A DNA stretch of 64,000 nt from Octopus vulgaris (GCA_951406725.2 OX597821.1:69440001-69504000); one strand, 5' to 3'. Numbered from the stretch's first letter, positions 12,873-27,663 are shown. A program made the numbers and translations. The notes: generated by a model not told the origin, from the sequence alone.

Positions 12873-12929
12873 CATATCATAAATCCGAAAAAAAAGCACA
12901 TCTAATTTATAGAGCAGTTGAGTGTATAG

Positions 12930-14409
<1,480 letters not shown>

Positions 14410-14785
14410 GTAAATTAAATAATAAGGGTAGAAATTGATATTAATCAATTAAAACCAGTGGCTTATTTAAAAAATCCGAAAATTAAAAATTTTGTTACAT
14501 ACAAAATTTAGAGGAATGACCACTAAAGTGGACACCCTTCGTGGTAATGGCGATTTGACGTCTATGTTTAGCATAAAGGGTGTCCACTTTGGTGGTCATT
14601 CCCCTAAATTTTGTATGTAACAGAATTTTTAATCTTCGGATTTTTTAAGATATGTAAAAAGAATGTGCAGTCTTTCAACCATGTAAAATTTGCATCTCTT
14701 TAATCCATTTATACATGTCATAGATTTCTCCACAATGCTCCACTTGACTGTATGTGTGCGTGTGTGTGTGTGTGTATGAGTGCAT

Positions 14786-14828
<43 letters not shown>

Positions 14829-14834
14829 TCTACT

Positions 14835-14906
<72 letters not shown>

Positions 14907-15765
14907 ATATATATATATATTATATTCCAATATATATATATATGTATATATGTGTGTGTGTGTGTGTGTGTGTAAATTAAATAATAAGGGTAGAAAGTGA
15001 TTAAAACCAGTGGCTTAGCATATTTAAAAAAATCCGAAGATTAAAAATTCTGTTACATACAAAATTTAGAGGAATGACCACTAAAGTGGACACCCTTTAT
15101 GCTAAACATAGACGTCAAATCGCTATTACCACGAAGAATGTGTTCTCAAGAAAAATCTCAGCATAAAACCAAAATTTAAAAATAAGACAAATGAAAATAT
15201 ACAAAATAAAAAACGATTACCAATATACCATTGTTTTCACTTGTTAATATTTACGTATATGAACACGCAAATATCTTCAAGATCATCAGCATAGTCCGTC
15301 GTTTACAAAACATGATTTCCGGCGCTCTGAGATCGGAAATTACTCTGCAGTTAATAAATTACAGCAGCCAATTTACCGGTTAGAAAACATTTTTTTATTT
15401 AAAATTAAATATTAAAGGTAGAAATTGATATTAATCAATTAAAACCAGTGGCTTATTTAAAAAATCCGAAGATTAAAAATTTTCTTACATACAAAATTTA
15501 GAGGAATGACCACTAAAGTGGACACCCTTTGTGGTAATGGCGATTTGACGTCTATGTTTAGCATAAAGGGTGTCCACTTTGGTGGTCATTCCTCTAAATT
15601 TTGTATGTAACAGAATTTTTAATCTTAGGATTTTTTTAAATATGTAAAAAGAATGTGCAGTCTTTCAACCATGCAAAATTTGCATCTCTTTAATCCATTT
15701 ATATATGTCATAGATTTCTCCACGATACTCCACTTGACTGTATGTGTGTGTGTGTATGAACGTAT

Positions 15766-15808
<43 letters not shown>

Positions 15809-15818
15809 TCTACTCCAT
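14410..15818. repeat. Compound direct/inverted repeat unit
   Basis: 14415-14839 is repeated at 15416-15818, each copy holding a ~70-bp inverted repeat; a third left-arm copy lies at 14972-15135. Confidence 0.85.
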
Positions 15819-16083
15819 CCCCACTTTCGTTCCAAAGGTGTACTTTACCTTTATTTCTCGCCTCTTCGCACATCTGGCTCTTTTTTCTTTTCCAATAAAG
15901 ACCTCTTTCAGTATGCATAGTTTGTATATAACTGAGCGCTCTTTCTCCCCTCTCTCTCTATTCAAGTACTCTTGTTTAAACAACAGCTTTTGCAATTTCT
16001 TCTATTTTCCCGACACTGCTTTTGCTAAACATTTCCGCCATGTTCATTTGTATTGCTTTACCTTCAGTGTAAAACGTTAGTGT

Positions 16084-16461
16084 CTTTCTTTCTTTGACAT
16101 AGTTCCGGGTTCAGTCCCACTGTGTTGCACCTTGGGCAAGCGTCTTCTACTATAGCCTCGGGCCGACCAAAGCCTTGTGAGTGGACTTGGTAGGCGGAAA
16201 CCGAAAGAAGCCTGTCGTATATATGTATATATATATATGTATGTGTGTGTGTTTGTGTGTCTGTGTTTGTCCCCCTAGCATTGCTTGACAACCGATGCTG
16301 GTGTGTTTATGTCCCCGTCACTTAGCGGTTAGGCAAAAGAGACCGATAGAATAAGTACTGGGCTTACAAAGAATATGTCCCGGGGTCGAGTTGCTCGATT
16401 AAAGGCGGTGCTCCAGCATGACCGCAGTCAAATGACTGAAACAAGTAAAAGAGTAAAAGAG
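16084..16461 (+). mobile_element. SINE family C with internal TA/TG microsatellite
   Basis: gggttcagtccc B-box-like motif, ccttgggcaag CORE-like motif, (gtaaaaga)2 tail; copy at 50527-50860. Confidence 0.85.
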
Positions 16462-16694
16462 TATAGTCGTAAAGACTTCAATATTTACAGTTTTCACATC
16501 CTTTGTGTCTCGTCCCCAGTATGTTACTCCATAATCCTTTCTGAAGTTAATTGACGTCTTTAATTAGAAGTGATCCTATCTTATGGTGTTGAAATCGCAA
16601 TGGTTCCCAGGAGGGAGTCGATAGAATCTTCTGCTAGTTTTGTTTAATTTCTTTTATTCTATATATTTCCCTCCCCTCTCTCTCACATACACAC

Positions 16695-16753
<59 letters not shown>

Positions 16754-17424
16754 TTCACACACATACATACACTACACACACTCGCACACGCACTCACACA
16801 CCCATAACGTAATTATTATTTATTACGAAAACCTCCCAAACCAGCTCTACTCGTCACCTCATTGTTTCTCAATCTGTCCTAGTAAAGGATGTCCATCACT
16901 GGACTGTGGCCATCCTGGATCTCCGCCATCAGTTATATTACGCTTTCCTAACTTAAAAATCTCCCCTGATATGTGGCATTTGCTGAATGAGGAATTTTGA
17001 TTCTTTACCTTCATTTGTGTCTCCTGGCGCGAGGCAGGTTCATCCGGAAATCTTGACAGTAAGAGATCTGGTTTTGTTTTGAGGCACCAACATCCACTCC
17101 ATGCAAGTCTCTCATGCTTTTTGCTTTTAGGAGGATATTGAATAACTGTGGGCCCTTGAAACAAGAGCTGTTGTAGTATCTGGAACTGTTGCAGTATCTG
17201 CGAGAATTTCGAGGCTAATTACTATCTGGTAATAAAGCGAAGCTAGGTAATCATCTATCTTCCTTCAAGGATAGAGGCAAATGCATAACACAAGCTTAAG
17301 TGGATTTATATGGTGCACTAAATTTGATATAAAATGGGAAATTATTGGGGCAGTACCTTACAAAATTGAGAGTAAGAAATATTTCAAATCTTCATTTCAT
17401 AACTTCCAATTATTGAATAATAAA

Positions 17425-18345
17425 CAACCCGGCTAAATCCGAGATCGGCCTGGCGAGCAATCACATACTGGGGGACATTAACAACGATATGAGAGCCACC
17501 AACCCTTCCCTTACGTGATATAATATCAACAACGGGATGGGCAGAGCAAGGTTCATCCAGTTCGACATTGTCGATTTTTTTCCACTTCTATATCGAAAGG
17601 GTTACTGGTCAAGGCATTTTCCTTCGCTAGGGACTTCACTGATATTAGCGATAGGGACATAGATGTCATTGTGAACGCCATGAAAACGGTGCTGTTCAAT
17701 AAAGGTTCGACCTGGGTCAAGCCAGCAGGCCCTGTGACAGCGGAGGCCTGCAATAGTGCTGATGTATGCAACCGCATTAGATGTATATCATGGATACCCT
17801 AAAGAAGAAATTGACATCTGTCCTCTTTCGTCTCTACAGAGATGACGCCCGGGCTATGTCTAGAGGAGCTAACAGGAGCATCCTAGATAGGCACACTTAG
17901 CACCATGAGACTGAAAATTACAATCGAGATCAACCTCACCACCGCAGACTTCTTAAACGTCACGTTCGATTTTGGCCTGGGTACATACAGGCCCTAAAGG
18001 CGGTGAGCTGGGCGAAATGCTTAACGGTATTTCGTCTGGCGCTACGTTCTGAGTTCAAATTCCGCCGAGGTCGACTTTGCCTTTCATCCTTTCGGGGTCG
18101 ATTGAATAGGTACCAGTTACGCACTGGGGTCGATATAATAAACTTAATCCGTTTGTCTGTCCTTGTTTATCCTCTCTGTGTTTAGCCCCTTGTGGGTAGT
18201 AAAGAAATAGGTGCATACAGGCCCTGCCGCAAGTCAAACGAGAAACGGGCATGTATCAACACAGCCTCCTGCCAACCGCCGATCGTGTTCAAAAACCTAG
18301 TGAACAGTGTCAGCAAGAGGATATCGAACATGTTCTCTAGCCAAG
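17425..18345 (+). mobile_element. Penelope-like (Naiad-type) RT remnant
   Basis: NPAKSEIG, FIQFDIVDF, LYRDD, LKITIE..DFLNVTFD..YRP and INTAS..PP..SKRIS motifs; interrupted by a SINE. Confidence 0.8.
17996..18209 (+). mobile_element. SINE family B insertion
   Basis: 16-bp TSD ggt(a/g)catacaggccct at 17980-17995 and 18210-18225. Confidence 0.9.
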
Positions 18346-18818
18346 GTGTTAGGACGATTCGTCCCCGGCCAATTCGTCGTTGATTAATTCATCCGTATGT
18401 CAATTCGTCGCTGGCCAATTCGTCCCAAAATACTCTTTACGAGGGAAAGTTTAGAACAATCACTGTGGTTGAAGCCAATGGCGACGTTATTAAATGAATT
18501 TACTCTTTAATATTTCAAGATACTTCTATGTAGTTTTAGTAAATATATCTGTTAAAAAAATGTGATGTCAGTGTTATTTTCATTTTTGCGTAATTTAGAC
18601 GACAGTTTCTTCACCGTACCCTGTATATATATATATATATAATAGAAGGTTTGGAGATGATGTACAGATATTATATATTAGAAGAAATGCGGTACTAGTG
18701 GAGTCTAGAGTGGACGAAAGTACTAATATATGATACATGATTTATAAAAACATGTAACATACTAATAAATATCTGTAAATATAAAACCATCCAGATTTCT
18801 GAGTACCTCATTTCTTCT

Positions 18819-18880
<62 letters not shown>

Positions 18881-19743
18881 TACGACCTATACTGTAGAAG
18901 CAGTTCTATAGTAAAAACATTATAAATATAACATATATAACGTATGTGTGTAGTTGAAAAGCCAGACGCTGCAGGTTTTGTCAGGAAACAATACTTTTAT
19001 AGACATTTTGTCTTCAAAAGCAATAGACTTCAGAGCTGGGCGAAATGAAATCGCCGCGGAAATGACCGCACGAGCTGCAGATACGTATTCCGCCGTTCAC
19101 AGGTTCTTCAAGCACAATTATGTTTGCGTATACATATTTGATTATAAATAGATGCAATCTTAAATATGTGTGCTTACTAAGTGTGTGTGTGTGTGTGTGT
19201 GTGTGTGAGTGTGTATGTGCGTATGTGTGTGTGCGCGCGTGAGTGTGTTTGTGTGTCTGTGTGTATACGTATTATTTTTATTCGTCTTCTCATATCGTCT
19301 GATGACCCTCGAATCTGCTTACTGCAATTAATATCGGTTTCTTAGTAACAGGATTTTGTTATCAGTTTAACAAACTACTCGGCGCTCTGTATATAAAGCA
19401 AGAAGAAAAGAACAAACCTCACAAAATAGAAGCAAGTTTCAACACAAATACACATGCACGCACAGACACACACACACACGCAGACCCTTACATGCGCGCG
19501 CGCGCGAACACACACACACAAATATATGAGCACATACATTCACGCACGCACAAATCATCTCATTCAATTAAAGTCTAAACAAATACACTTTATATAAGTT
19601 GAATAAACAGCCGAAGTGAAATAAAAGAAAACTTGCCGCTGCTGCCACTGACCACCAATCCCCCTGCCCAACCTCCTCCTCCTCCTCCTCCTCCTCCTCC
19701 TAATGCTACTACTAGTAGTACAAGTAGAAGTAGTAGCAGTAGT

Positions 19744-21135
19744 AATTTCTTTTATTGGCCACAAGAGCTCAACACATGGAGAACAATATCAAGGGACGAG
19801 ATACAACGCACAACACAGGAAGGGCTTACATCGATCAAGGCGGACGCTACAATATTAAAAGATATGACAAAATGATATATTAATAAAAATTAGAAAAATA
19901 AATAATTAATAAATAGAATCTCGAATAGCAGGGTAGTCCACTTTGGGTAATTGGGGGTAAACTCCACTTCAAAAGTCTCGGGTTACTCTGCTATCACCAA
20001 GGCATAAAAAGTGCCATCATACAGTTTCTTTTCTCCTATTTAGAAAATCATACTCAGAGTAGATCCATTCAATTTCACCAGTCTTGTCACTCCTGTCTAC
20101 CGTTTGATAAACACACGAGAAAGCAATACCTCCTTCTCTACCCTCACCTTCCTCTTCGGATGATATCTGAAGAAACTGATGTGAGCTTGGCCAGGTAGGA
20201 AAGTACAAGTATTCAAATCTTTCAGAGGGCTCCACCACACAACCACTTTTGTCACAACTACTAAGCAGAGAAAGGTCCACTCTGCTTCTTTGCTAAAGGA
20301 AGGTGATGTGTCGATCTTCATTATACAATCAGCGGACAGCTGGATTCGTTTTACACGCGACAGTAACTGCTTAACACATTCCCACAAATTTCTAATGTAC
20401 GGACACAGAACGACTGCTTGCAGGTTCGGTTGTTGGTATTTCCATGCCTGAAGGACTTAGGCAATGTCCCCAGTAGCACTGCCATGCCAAAGATTTTGGA
20501 AATTGTCCATGATCTTCCACCCGAAAGTCCTGCGGAAGAGACAACTCTCGCTGTTCTGGTCGATGCCCAAAGCCAATGCTAGACTATCGTCGTTCCTAGC
20601 TATAACTAGCACCCTATAGAAACCTAGAGATGTTTCCCCACAAACGGCTTTGTCCAGCTTCTACAATGCAGAGAGCGCTTAACGGAATTCTTGACGCCAG
20701 ACGCCCAGTCTTGTTGTACATTTGACTCATGATTGCAACTCAGTCAATGAGAGGAGCTGCAGAAAGACTTGTCGTACGAAGAGCACCCACACCACTCCGC
20801 CTATGTCTTCTTCGCCGTCGTTCACGTCACCGCAGCAATTTAGATATTTCTGCAGGTGCATCAGCCTCAATGCGTGGCGACGCATCATCAAGGACAACAT
20901 CCCAAAACCACTAAGTTGTGACATCAGGTGGATTTTCTGACCCTTCCATAAAAATTGAAAAATAAGCGCTCCAATCTGGGCAGAGTTTTCTTGGGACAAA
21001 GTACAACGACGAGGTGGTAATAAACTACCTGGGTGATGTATGCCTTCGCTACTTCCACCCGGCCTTTCATAGACAGTTTCCTTTCTGCTTATTTCTGGAT
21101 GACTTCGGCCACCCTGACTTTGACCTCTTCCCAAA
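19744..21135 (-). mobile_element. Old Tx1/L1-clade LINE 3' remnant
   Basis: MMRRHALRL.HL and FFRYHPKRKVRVE match the 54-62 kb family; tail cttgtggccaataaaagaaat followed by (TAC)n. Confidence 0.8.
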
Positions 21136-21291
21136 ATAATTTATTATACACTGAAATTATTATTAGGTGATAAAGGCTGCAAAACGGCTGTAATCCTATA
21201 GATATCAAGTGAATAAATAACTATATTCCTCTATCATAGCCCATAAATATTTATGATGTCTCTCTCTTTCTGATCCTCCTCTTTCTATTTC

Positions 21292-21419
<128 letters not shown>

Positions 21420-21919
21420 ATATATATATATATGTGTATGTATATATATATATACATGTATGTATATAAATATACATATATATGTATGTATATATATACA
21501 TACATTCATATATGTATATATATATTACACATATATGTGTATGTATATATATATATGTGTATATAAATATACATATATATGTATGTATATATATATATAT
21601 ATACTTTATTTAAAAGTAGCAGAAATATAACAAAAGCTGTTACTCAGAGTTTCACGTTCCCGTTCGTACCCATACATACACAAATGAAGACTGAAACACA
21701 TGACCATACACACCCACACACACACTTCACTTCACACAAGGACACATATGGAGACACACGTCCACACATATGGAAATACACATCCATACATACAGAGACA
21801 GTACATAGTCACAAAATCCCATACACACTCAGACAGGCATACACAAGGAGACAGAGGTACACACATGCAAACACACACACGCACATAAAAAAAAAACACA
21901 AAAACACATGAATATATAT

Positions 21920-22215
21920 ATAATAAATTTCTGAACGAGGTATAGACAGTAACTGCACGACAATGTGAAGTATATTTTCCATCTAAATATGGCTAACGAC
22001 TAACCAGTACCACTAACCAGTACTGCCTGACTGGCCCCCGTGTCGGTGGTACGTAAAAAGCACCCACTACACTCTCGGAGTGTTTGGCGTTAGGAAGGGC
22101 ATCCAGCTGTAGAAACTCTGCCAAATCAAGATTGGAGACTGGTGCAACCATCTGGTTAGCCAGCCCTCAGTCAAAATCGTTCAACCCATGCTAGTATGGA
22201 AGGCGGACGTTAAAC

Positions 22216-22283
<68 letters not shown>

Positions 22284-22500
22284 CTAAGGGTGGATGGTAC
22301 TGTAGCTTGTAGCCCCAGGAGAACATCTCTAGCTGGCTATTGGTACACTTTCTGTGCCCAATCGGTATATGCAAAGGGAGGTCATCCTTGGGCTACACGC
22401 TACAGTAACATCCACCCTTAGGGGTTAGCCATATTTAGATGGCAAATATACTTCACATTGTCGTGCAGTTACTGTCTATACCTCGTTCAGAGATTTATTA
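21920..22500. mobile_element. Fold-back MITE with a SINE inserted in its left arm
   Basis: Inverted arms 21920-21997 / 22424-22500, continued by 22285-22320 / 22386-22420; insert 22004-22281 ending in (GAT)n, with gactaa duplicated. Confidence 0.8.
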
Positions 22501-23064
22501 TTGCTATATATATATATACATGTCAGGCCGCTGTTGGGCGCTACTGCTAACATGTAACTGTTGCATGGTCACGGGTCGTCGGCGACTAAAATGGCAACCC
22601 TATCAAGCTTGCATGGTGAGCTAGGGTGGGTGGTGATTGTTGGAAACCCTGTAGGACGAAAAATAAGACCTATCAAAGAGCTGAATAGCTATTGAACAGT
22701 CAGCGGGCATCCAACAATGTGTGTACATGTGCATTTATGCATGTATGCATGCGCGGGGATGTGGAAATACCTGGGATGGTGTCCAGGCGCGCTGTTGGCC
22801 CACTGGGAGTGGGAGGCCCTGAGAGAAAAACCTGCGACTATGACCGAGTTTATGTTGTCCATGTCCATAGAGTGTGATTGGATTTGTGCCAATCCTTTCT
22901 CCACCATAAAAAGTCATCGTGCACAGGCATCGTTTGAAAAGAGAGAAAGACCCATCATAAAATGGCTGGTCGTAGCCTTCGCATGTGTGGGACTTTCGAG
23001 CAGGCGAAGACAATACTCCAACACAAGTTTGCAATCATCGTATATATATATATATATATATATA

Positions 23065-23311
23065 TTGGGTTGGTGCATAATTATTGCGGCTTTTTTCAAC
23101 AAATTTTATGCAACAAATACAATAACAACATATAACAAAAACATCTTTAAATGATTATTCTGGAGCATATTCACCATCTACTTCAATTAATACTTCCCAT
23201 TTGTTTGGCAGACGGTCAGACCGTCATTCAAAGATGTTTTTGTTAAATATTGTTATTGTTGAATAACAATTGTTTAAAATAAAAAAAAAGCCGCAATAAT
23301 TATGTACTAAC

Positions 23312-23315
<4 letters not shown>
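23065..23315. mobile_element. Mariner-derived MITE
   Basis: TIR ttgggttggtgcataattattgcggc (MADE1/Hsmar1-like), TA flanks; internal minus-strand DRLPNKWEVLIEVDGEY is a mariner transposase C-terminus. Confidence 0.85.
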
Positions 23316-23360
<45 letters not shown>

Positions 23361-23363
<3 letters not shown>

Positions 23364-23900
23364 TGCCCCCTCGTTATCGAGTATGGCAATTGCACGAAGC
23401 TTAACTGCTACTGGTGCTGTGATCGAATGTGACTTTTTAGCCCAGCTAAAGATCTACAATGTCTTGTACAGAATTGGCAACCAAAACCTTTACCGGTAAT
23501 AGCCGGCTGTAGTTGTAACTGGGTTTCATGTACCTTTGCATGTCGTTTAAGTCCTCCTGCCGAATTACACTCTCTTCCACATGCCCGACAGATATGATTA
23601 GTATGGTGTGTTACACCACTACCAGTGGCCAGGTTGTCACTCATCTGTCTCGCTTTATGACAACGAAGATGACTCTTGAGTCCAGCTTTACTGAGGCAGG
23701 GTCTTGCACAGACATTGCATGTCAGCATCAAAGGAAGACCATTCCCTTCTGGAAGTGTAACAGCGATGCCCTTCCTGACATCCCTCTTTACTTTCTCATG
23801 TGCAACTCGAGATTTCTCAAAAGTGACTGTCCCCTCATGCACAATCCTTCTCCACCTGCTACGATCAATAGCTATGCCTTCCCATGTAGGAGAGATGCAA
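23361..23900 (-). mobile_element. RTE-like LINE 3' end encoding three C2H2 zinc fingers
   Basis: ORF 23408-23842 with [26 protein letters not shown] and CQFC..GLKSHIRSQH; short 3' UTR; (TA)n on both sides. Confidence 0.7.
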
Positions 23901-23947
<47 letters not shown>

Positions 23948-23952
<5 letters not shown>

Positions 23953-24078
23953 TTTATTTTAAGCAGCAGAAAATTCAACAAAATCTGTTACTTGAGTCGT
24001 GTCATCAGACAGTTCTGATGAACGGCAACGAAAACTCAGCAATTTTGTTGAATTTTCTGCTGCTTAAAATAAAGCATA
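23948..24078. repeat. ~37-bp inverted repeat with two degenerate hammerhead-like halves
   Basis: tttattttaagcagcagaaaattcaacaaaat and its reverse complement; CTGATGA on both strands in the centre; related truncated copy at 21601-21667. Confidence 0.75.
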
Positions 24079-24133
24079 TTACTCTACCACTGGTATTTGA
24101 GTATCTTTTTCCACCTTGTTTCACATTTATGTG

Positions 24134-24172
<39 letters not shown>

Positions 24173-24242
24173 CATACGTACATATGTACATACATACATA
24201 CATACATACATACATACATACATACATACATACATACATACA

Positions 24243-24277
<35 letters not shown>

Positions 24278-24299
24278 TTGTATATATTTATGTCTTTTC

Positions 24300-25230
24300 T
24301 ATTTTTAATTATTATAAAACTTCCATTGAGGAGGGAGCCGGTTTCCAACAAAGATACAAGGCTCCATCTTTGGGATGTAAACACAGACAGATTCACATTT
24401 GGAACTTGAGAAAAGTCTTGAATATTTTTACTGTTCCACTAATAATTTAGAATCAGCCGGACAATTTCTCTTTCTGAAAATCCCAGTTTAATCAGATTCT
24501 CATTTAAGCATTTACTAATTATTATTAGTCCCCCACTTATTATTGGAATGAATATGAATTCATAGTCTGGATACAGAAGCTGGAGATTTTGAAGCAGTTG
24601 TCCATAAATATCCTCTTTTTCTTTGATTTTCAAAGAGATATTTATATCTGTAGGGTAGCTAAACTCTATGATGGGACATACTTTTACCCCACTGTCACAA
24701 ACAACAATATCCAGCCTGTTGTGTTTACACTTGTCAGAAGTTTTGATGGGAATATTCCACCAGTATTCCTTGAGTTGGTGTTTATGAATGTATTCCATAA
24801 CAGGGATTTTCTAAGTTTATTTCAGGACAGTCCTTCTTGCGGATGACATTGTAAATTGTTTTAGTAACCACATCGTGCTGCATAAGGAGTTAGTACCGTG
24901 ACGACATTTTAGGATAGCTGCTAATCACATGCGTAATGTCTTCCACAGAAACATGACATAGCCTACACATGCGGTTGCAGCTTGGAATTGCAAGAGTGTC
25001 ACTGTCTCTCTTGTTTACCAGTCCCTTTGTGATAATATCCTATTCCTGGCTTGGAAACGCATAGCCTTTAAAGTGTGATGTGATGTAGTGGTCTTGTGTC
25101 CAAGAGAGGCTGAGGAGAGTTCCGACTGCCATACATCCTTAAGTCTGGTGTAATATTCTCGAGTCACTATCTATATTCACTGTGTTTTCATATGATACAT
25201 TTTCGTCTATACCTAAGTACTTGTAACATT
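24300..25230 (-). mobile_element. R4/Dong-like (REL endonuclease) non-LTR retrotransposon 3' remnant
   Basis: CRLC..EDITHVISSY CCHC-like region, WWN.PI..HNR.DIVV..IE..KE..Y REL motifs, YKYLG. Confidence 0.8.
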
Positions 25231-25247
25231 CTTGTATGTATGCATGC

Positions 25248-25280
<33 letters not shown>

Positions 25281-25439
25281 TGTATGTATGTATGTATGTA
25301 TGTATGTATGTATGTATGTATGTATGTATGTATGTATGTATGCATGTATGCATGTATATAAGCATATATGTATGTATGTATATATGTTTGTATGTATGTA
25401 TATATATATGTTTGTATGTATGTATTCTTGTATGTGTGT

Positions 25440-25593
<154 letters not shown>

Positions 25594-26404
25594 GTGTATG
25601 TATGCATACACACACACATATACATACATACATACATACATACATACATACATACATGCATACACACATATTGTAGCAACAAAAACCAAACAAAAGTGAA
25701 AGAGAACGTGATAAAGATGACAAATAGAAATCATAAAGATAATGAATAAACAAAGAGGAAGAATGAAAGAAGGAATAGAAGAAACCATAATATAAGATGG
25801 CTACGAGAAGTGGCATGGGCAACTTATTTCAGTCATTGGATGATTTATAGCTGTCACTTAGCTACATCGCTTTTACTAATGATAAATAAACATTTATGAT
25901 GGTAAACATCAGACGACATCGTCACCGCCGTAATGTTTTGGAGTGAGTTTGCAGTGTTTGTTGGAAGGCTACTTGTCTGTTTGACTTAGGAAACGTTTTC
26001 TTGTCTTCTAAATAATAACCAATAATTTTGTCAGAGGTTAGCGGTTGATACTGAAGTACTTAGACATAGTGGCGGCCTGTTTATAACATCATAGGTCAGT
26101 CAACGATCGTTTTAATTATTTAAGCAAAAATGAGCTGAGAGAAATAGTTGAGAGCGGCCAGTGGTATGTATTTGAACAACATAGACAAATACAGGTATAT
26201 GAAATACCATACAACATAAATTCTTAACTAATTAGAGTTATTTCCGCCTCCACAGGATCCATCATAATTTACCTAATGGCAGTTAAATCTGGCTCCACTT
26301 GAGGAGGGGAGATAATCTCAAGATTTTAGAATTCTCCAACGTTGACCTGCCATTCAGAAAAAGAACAGACTTATTGTTTGAAGATAAGAGAAAAGGAAAA
26401 GAGA

Positions 26405-26458
<54 letters not shown>

Positions 26459-26768
26459 CGCTTATAACTCACGGAACACATGATATTGAACAGTTCCAGT
26501 TGGTGGCCATTTACTCTGACCACTGAGCAAATGTCGCCATATATTGTAGTAATCTAGCTTCTGAAAACGGGACCTAATCCACCCATTTTCAAGGCAGCTG
26601 CCAAGTATTGACGGTTGACTCTGTTGTAAAGTTTTTGACTGATCTAAATTGTCAAGTTCTTTACTTACCTTTTTTATGCTGCATCACGTGCGACGGGGGT
26701 TGTAGACAGATCTGTTTGGGATGGTGTAATTTGCGCCTAATATACCAGAGTGTCGATAATATACCAGA

Positions 26769-27111
26769 GTGAAGGCGCATGGCTCAGTGGTTAGAGCGTC
26801 GAGCTTACGATCGTGAGGTTGTGAGCTCGAATCCCGGACCGGGCTGCGTGTTGTGTTCTTGAGCAAGGCACTTTATTTCACGTTGCTCCAGTTCACTCAG
26901 CTGTAGAAATGAGTTGCGACGTCACTGGTGCCAAGCTGTATCGACCTTTGTCTTTCTCTTGGATAACACTGGTGGCGTGGAGAGGGGAGGCTGGTATGCA
27001 TGAGCGACTGCTGGCCTTCCATAAACAACCTTGCCCGGACTTGTGTCTAGGAGGGTAAATTTCTAGGTGCAATCCCATGGTCATTCATGACCGAAGGGGG
27101 TCTTTACCCTT
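26769..27111 (+). mobile_element. tRNA-derived CORE-type SINE (family D)
   Basis: A and B boxes; gtgttcttgagcaaggcactt..cagttcactcagctgtagaaatgag resembles the MIR CORE; TSD tataccaga at 26760-68 and 27112-20. Confidence 0.85.
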
Positions 27112-27359
27112 TATACCAGAGTGTCGATAATAAGCGCCAACCTTTCAGCTAACACCTTGCCAAAATTTCTTCATCGTTGCATCTATCAGATTTACGGGCC
27201 CGAAGTTGTTAAAAGCACGCCTCTTGTTCGATCCCTTTCTCAGGAGCACCACTATACCTCTTTTTGCAAGACAGGATTCTCCCGTTCTGCCGCTAGTTAC
27301 ACTAGTCATCTATTGAGATTCCCCCGAACTAGTGTAGCATATGATGATTCGGCAGACTA

Positions 27360-27663
27360 TCCACCCCATGGCGACTACTCCTTCGACTTGCTAAAGCTTC
27401 GAAACCCTCGTCGCCAGATGTTGTAACGAAATTTGTTACGTACAATAAATAAGATAACCAGACAACAGTAAAACAATGTAACGAACTAAAAAATCTCTAG
27501 GAACTAACAACCAATATTCCTTGTGAACTAACCAACCGACACCTTCCGACTTCACTACGAACTAACACGAACTTCACTCGACTCCGAACTCTGAACTCAC
27601 TCGGATCGTTACTATTTATACTTTACTCGGACCAGTCTATCTATCGCAAGGGGGCGTCGTAAC
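27360..27663 (-). mobile_element. Gypsy-like LTR with primer-binding site (remnant)
   Basis: Minus strand reads ..cgttacaaca, then TGGCGACGAG (27416-27407); TATAAATA inside the putative LTR. Confidence 0.55.
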
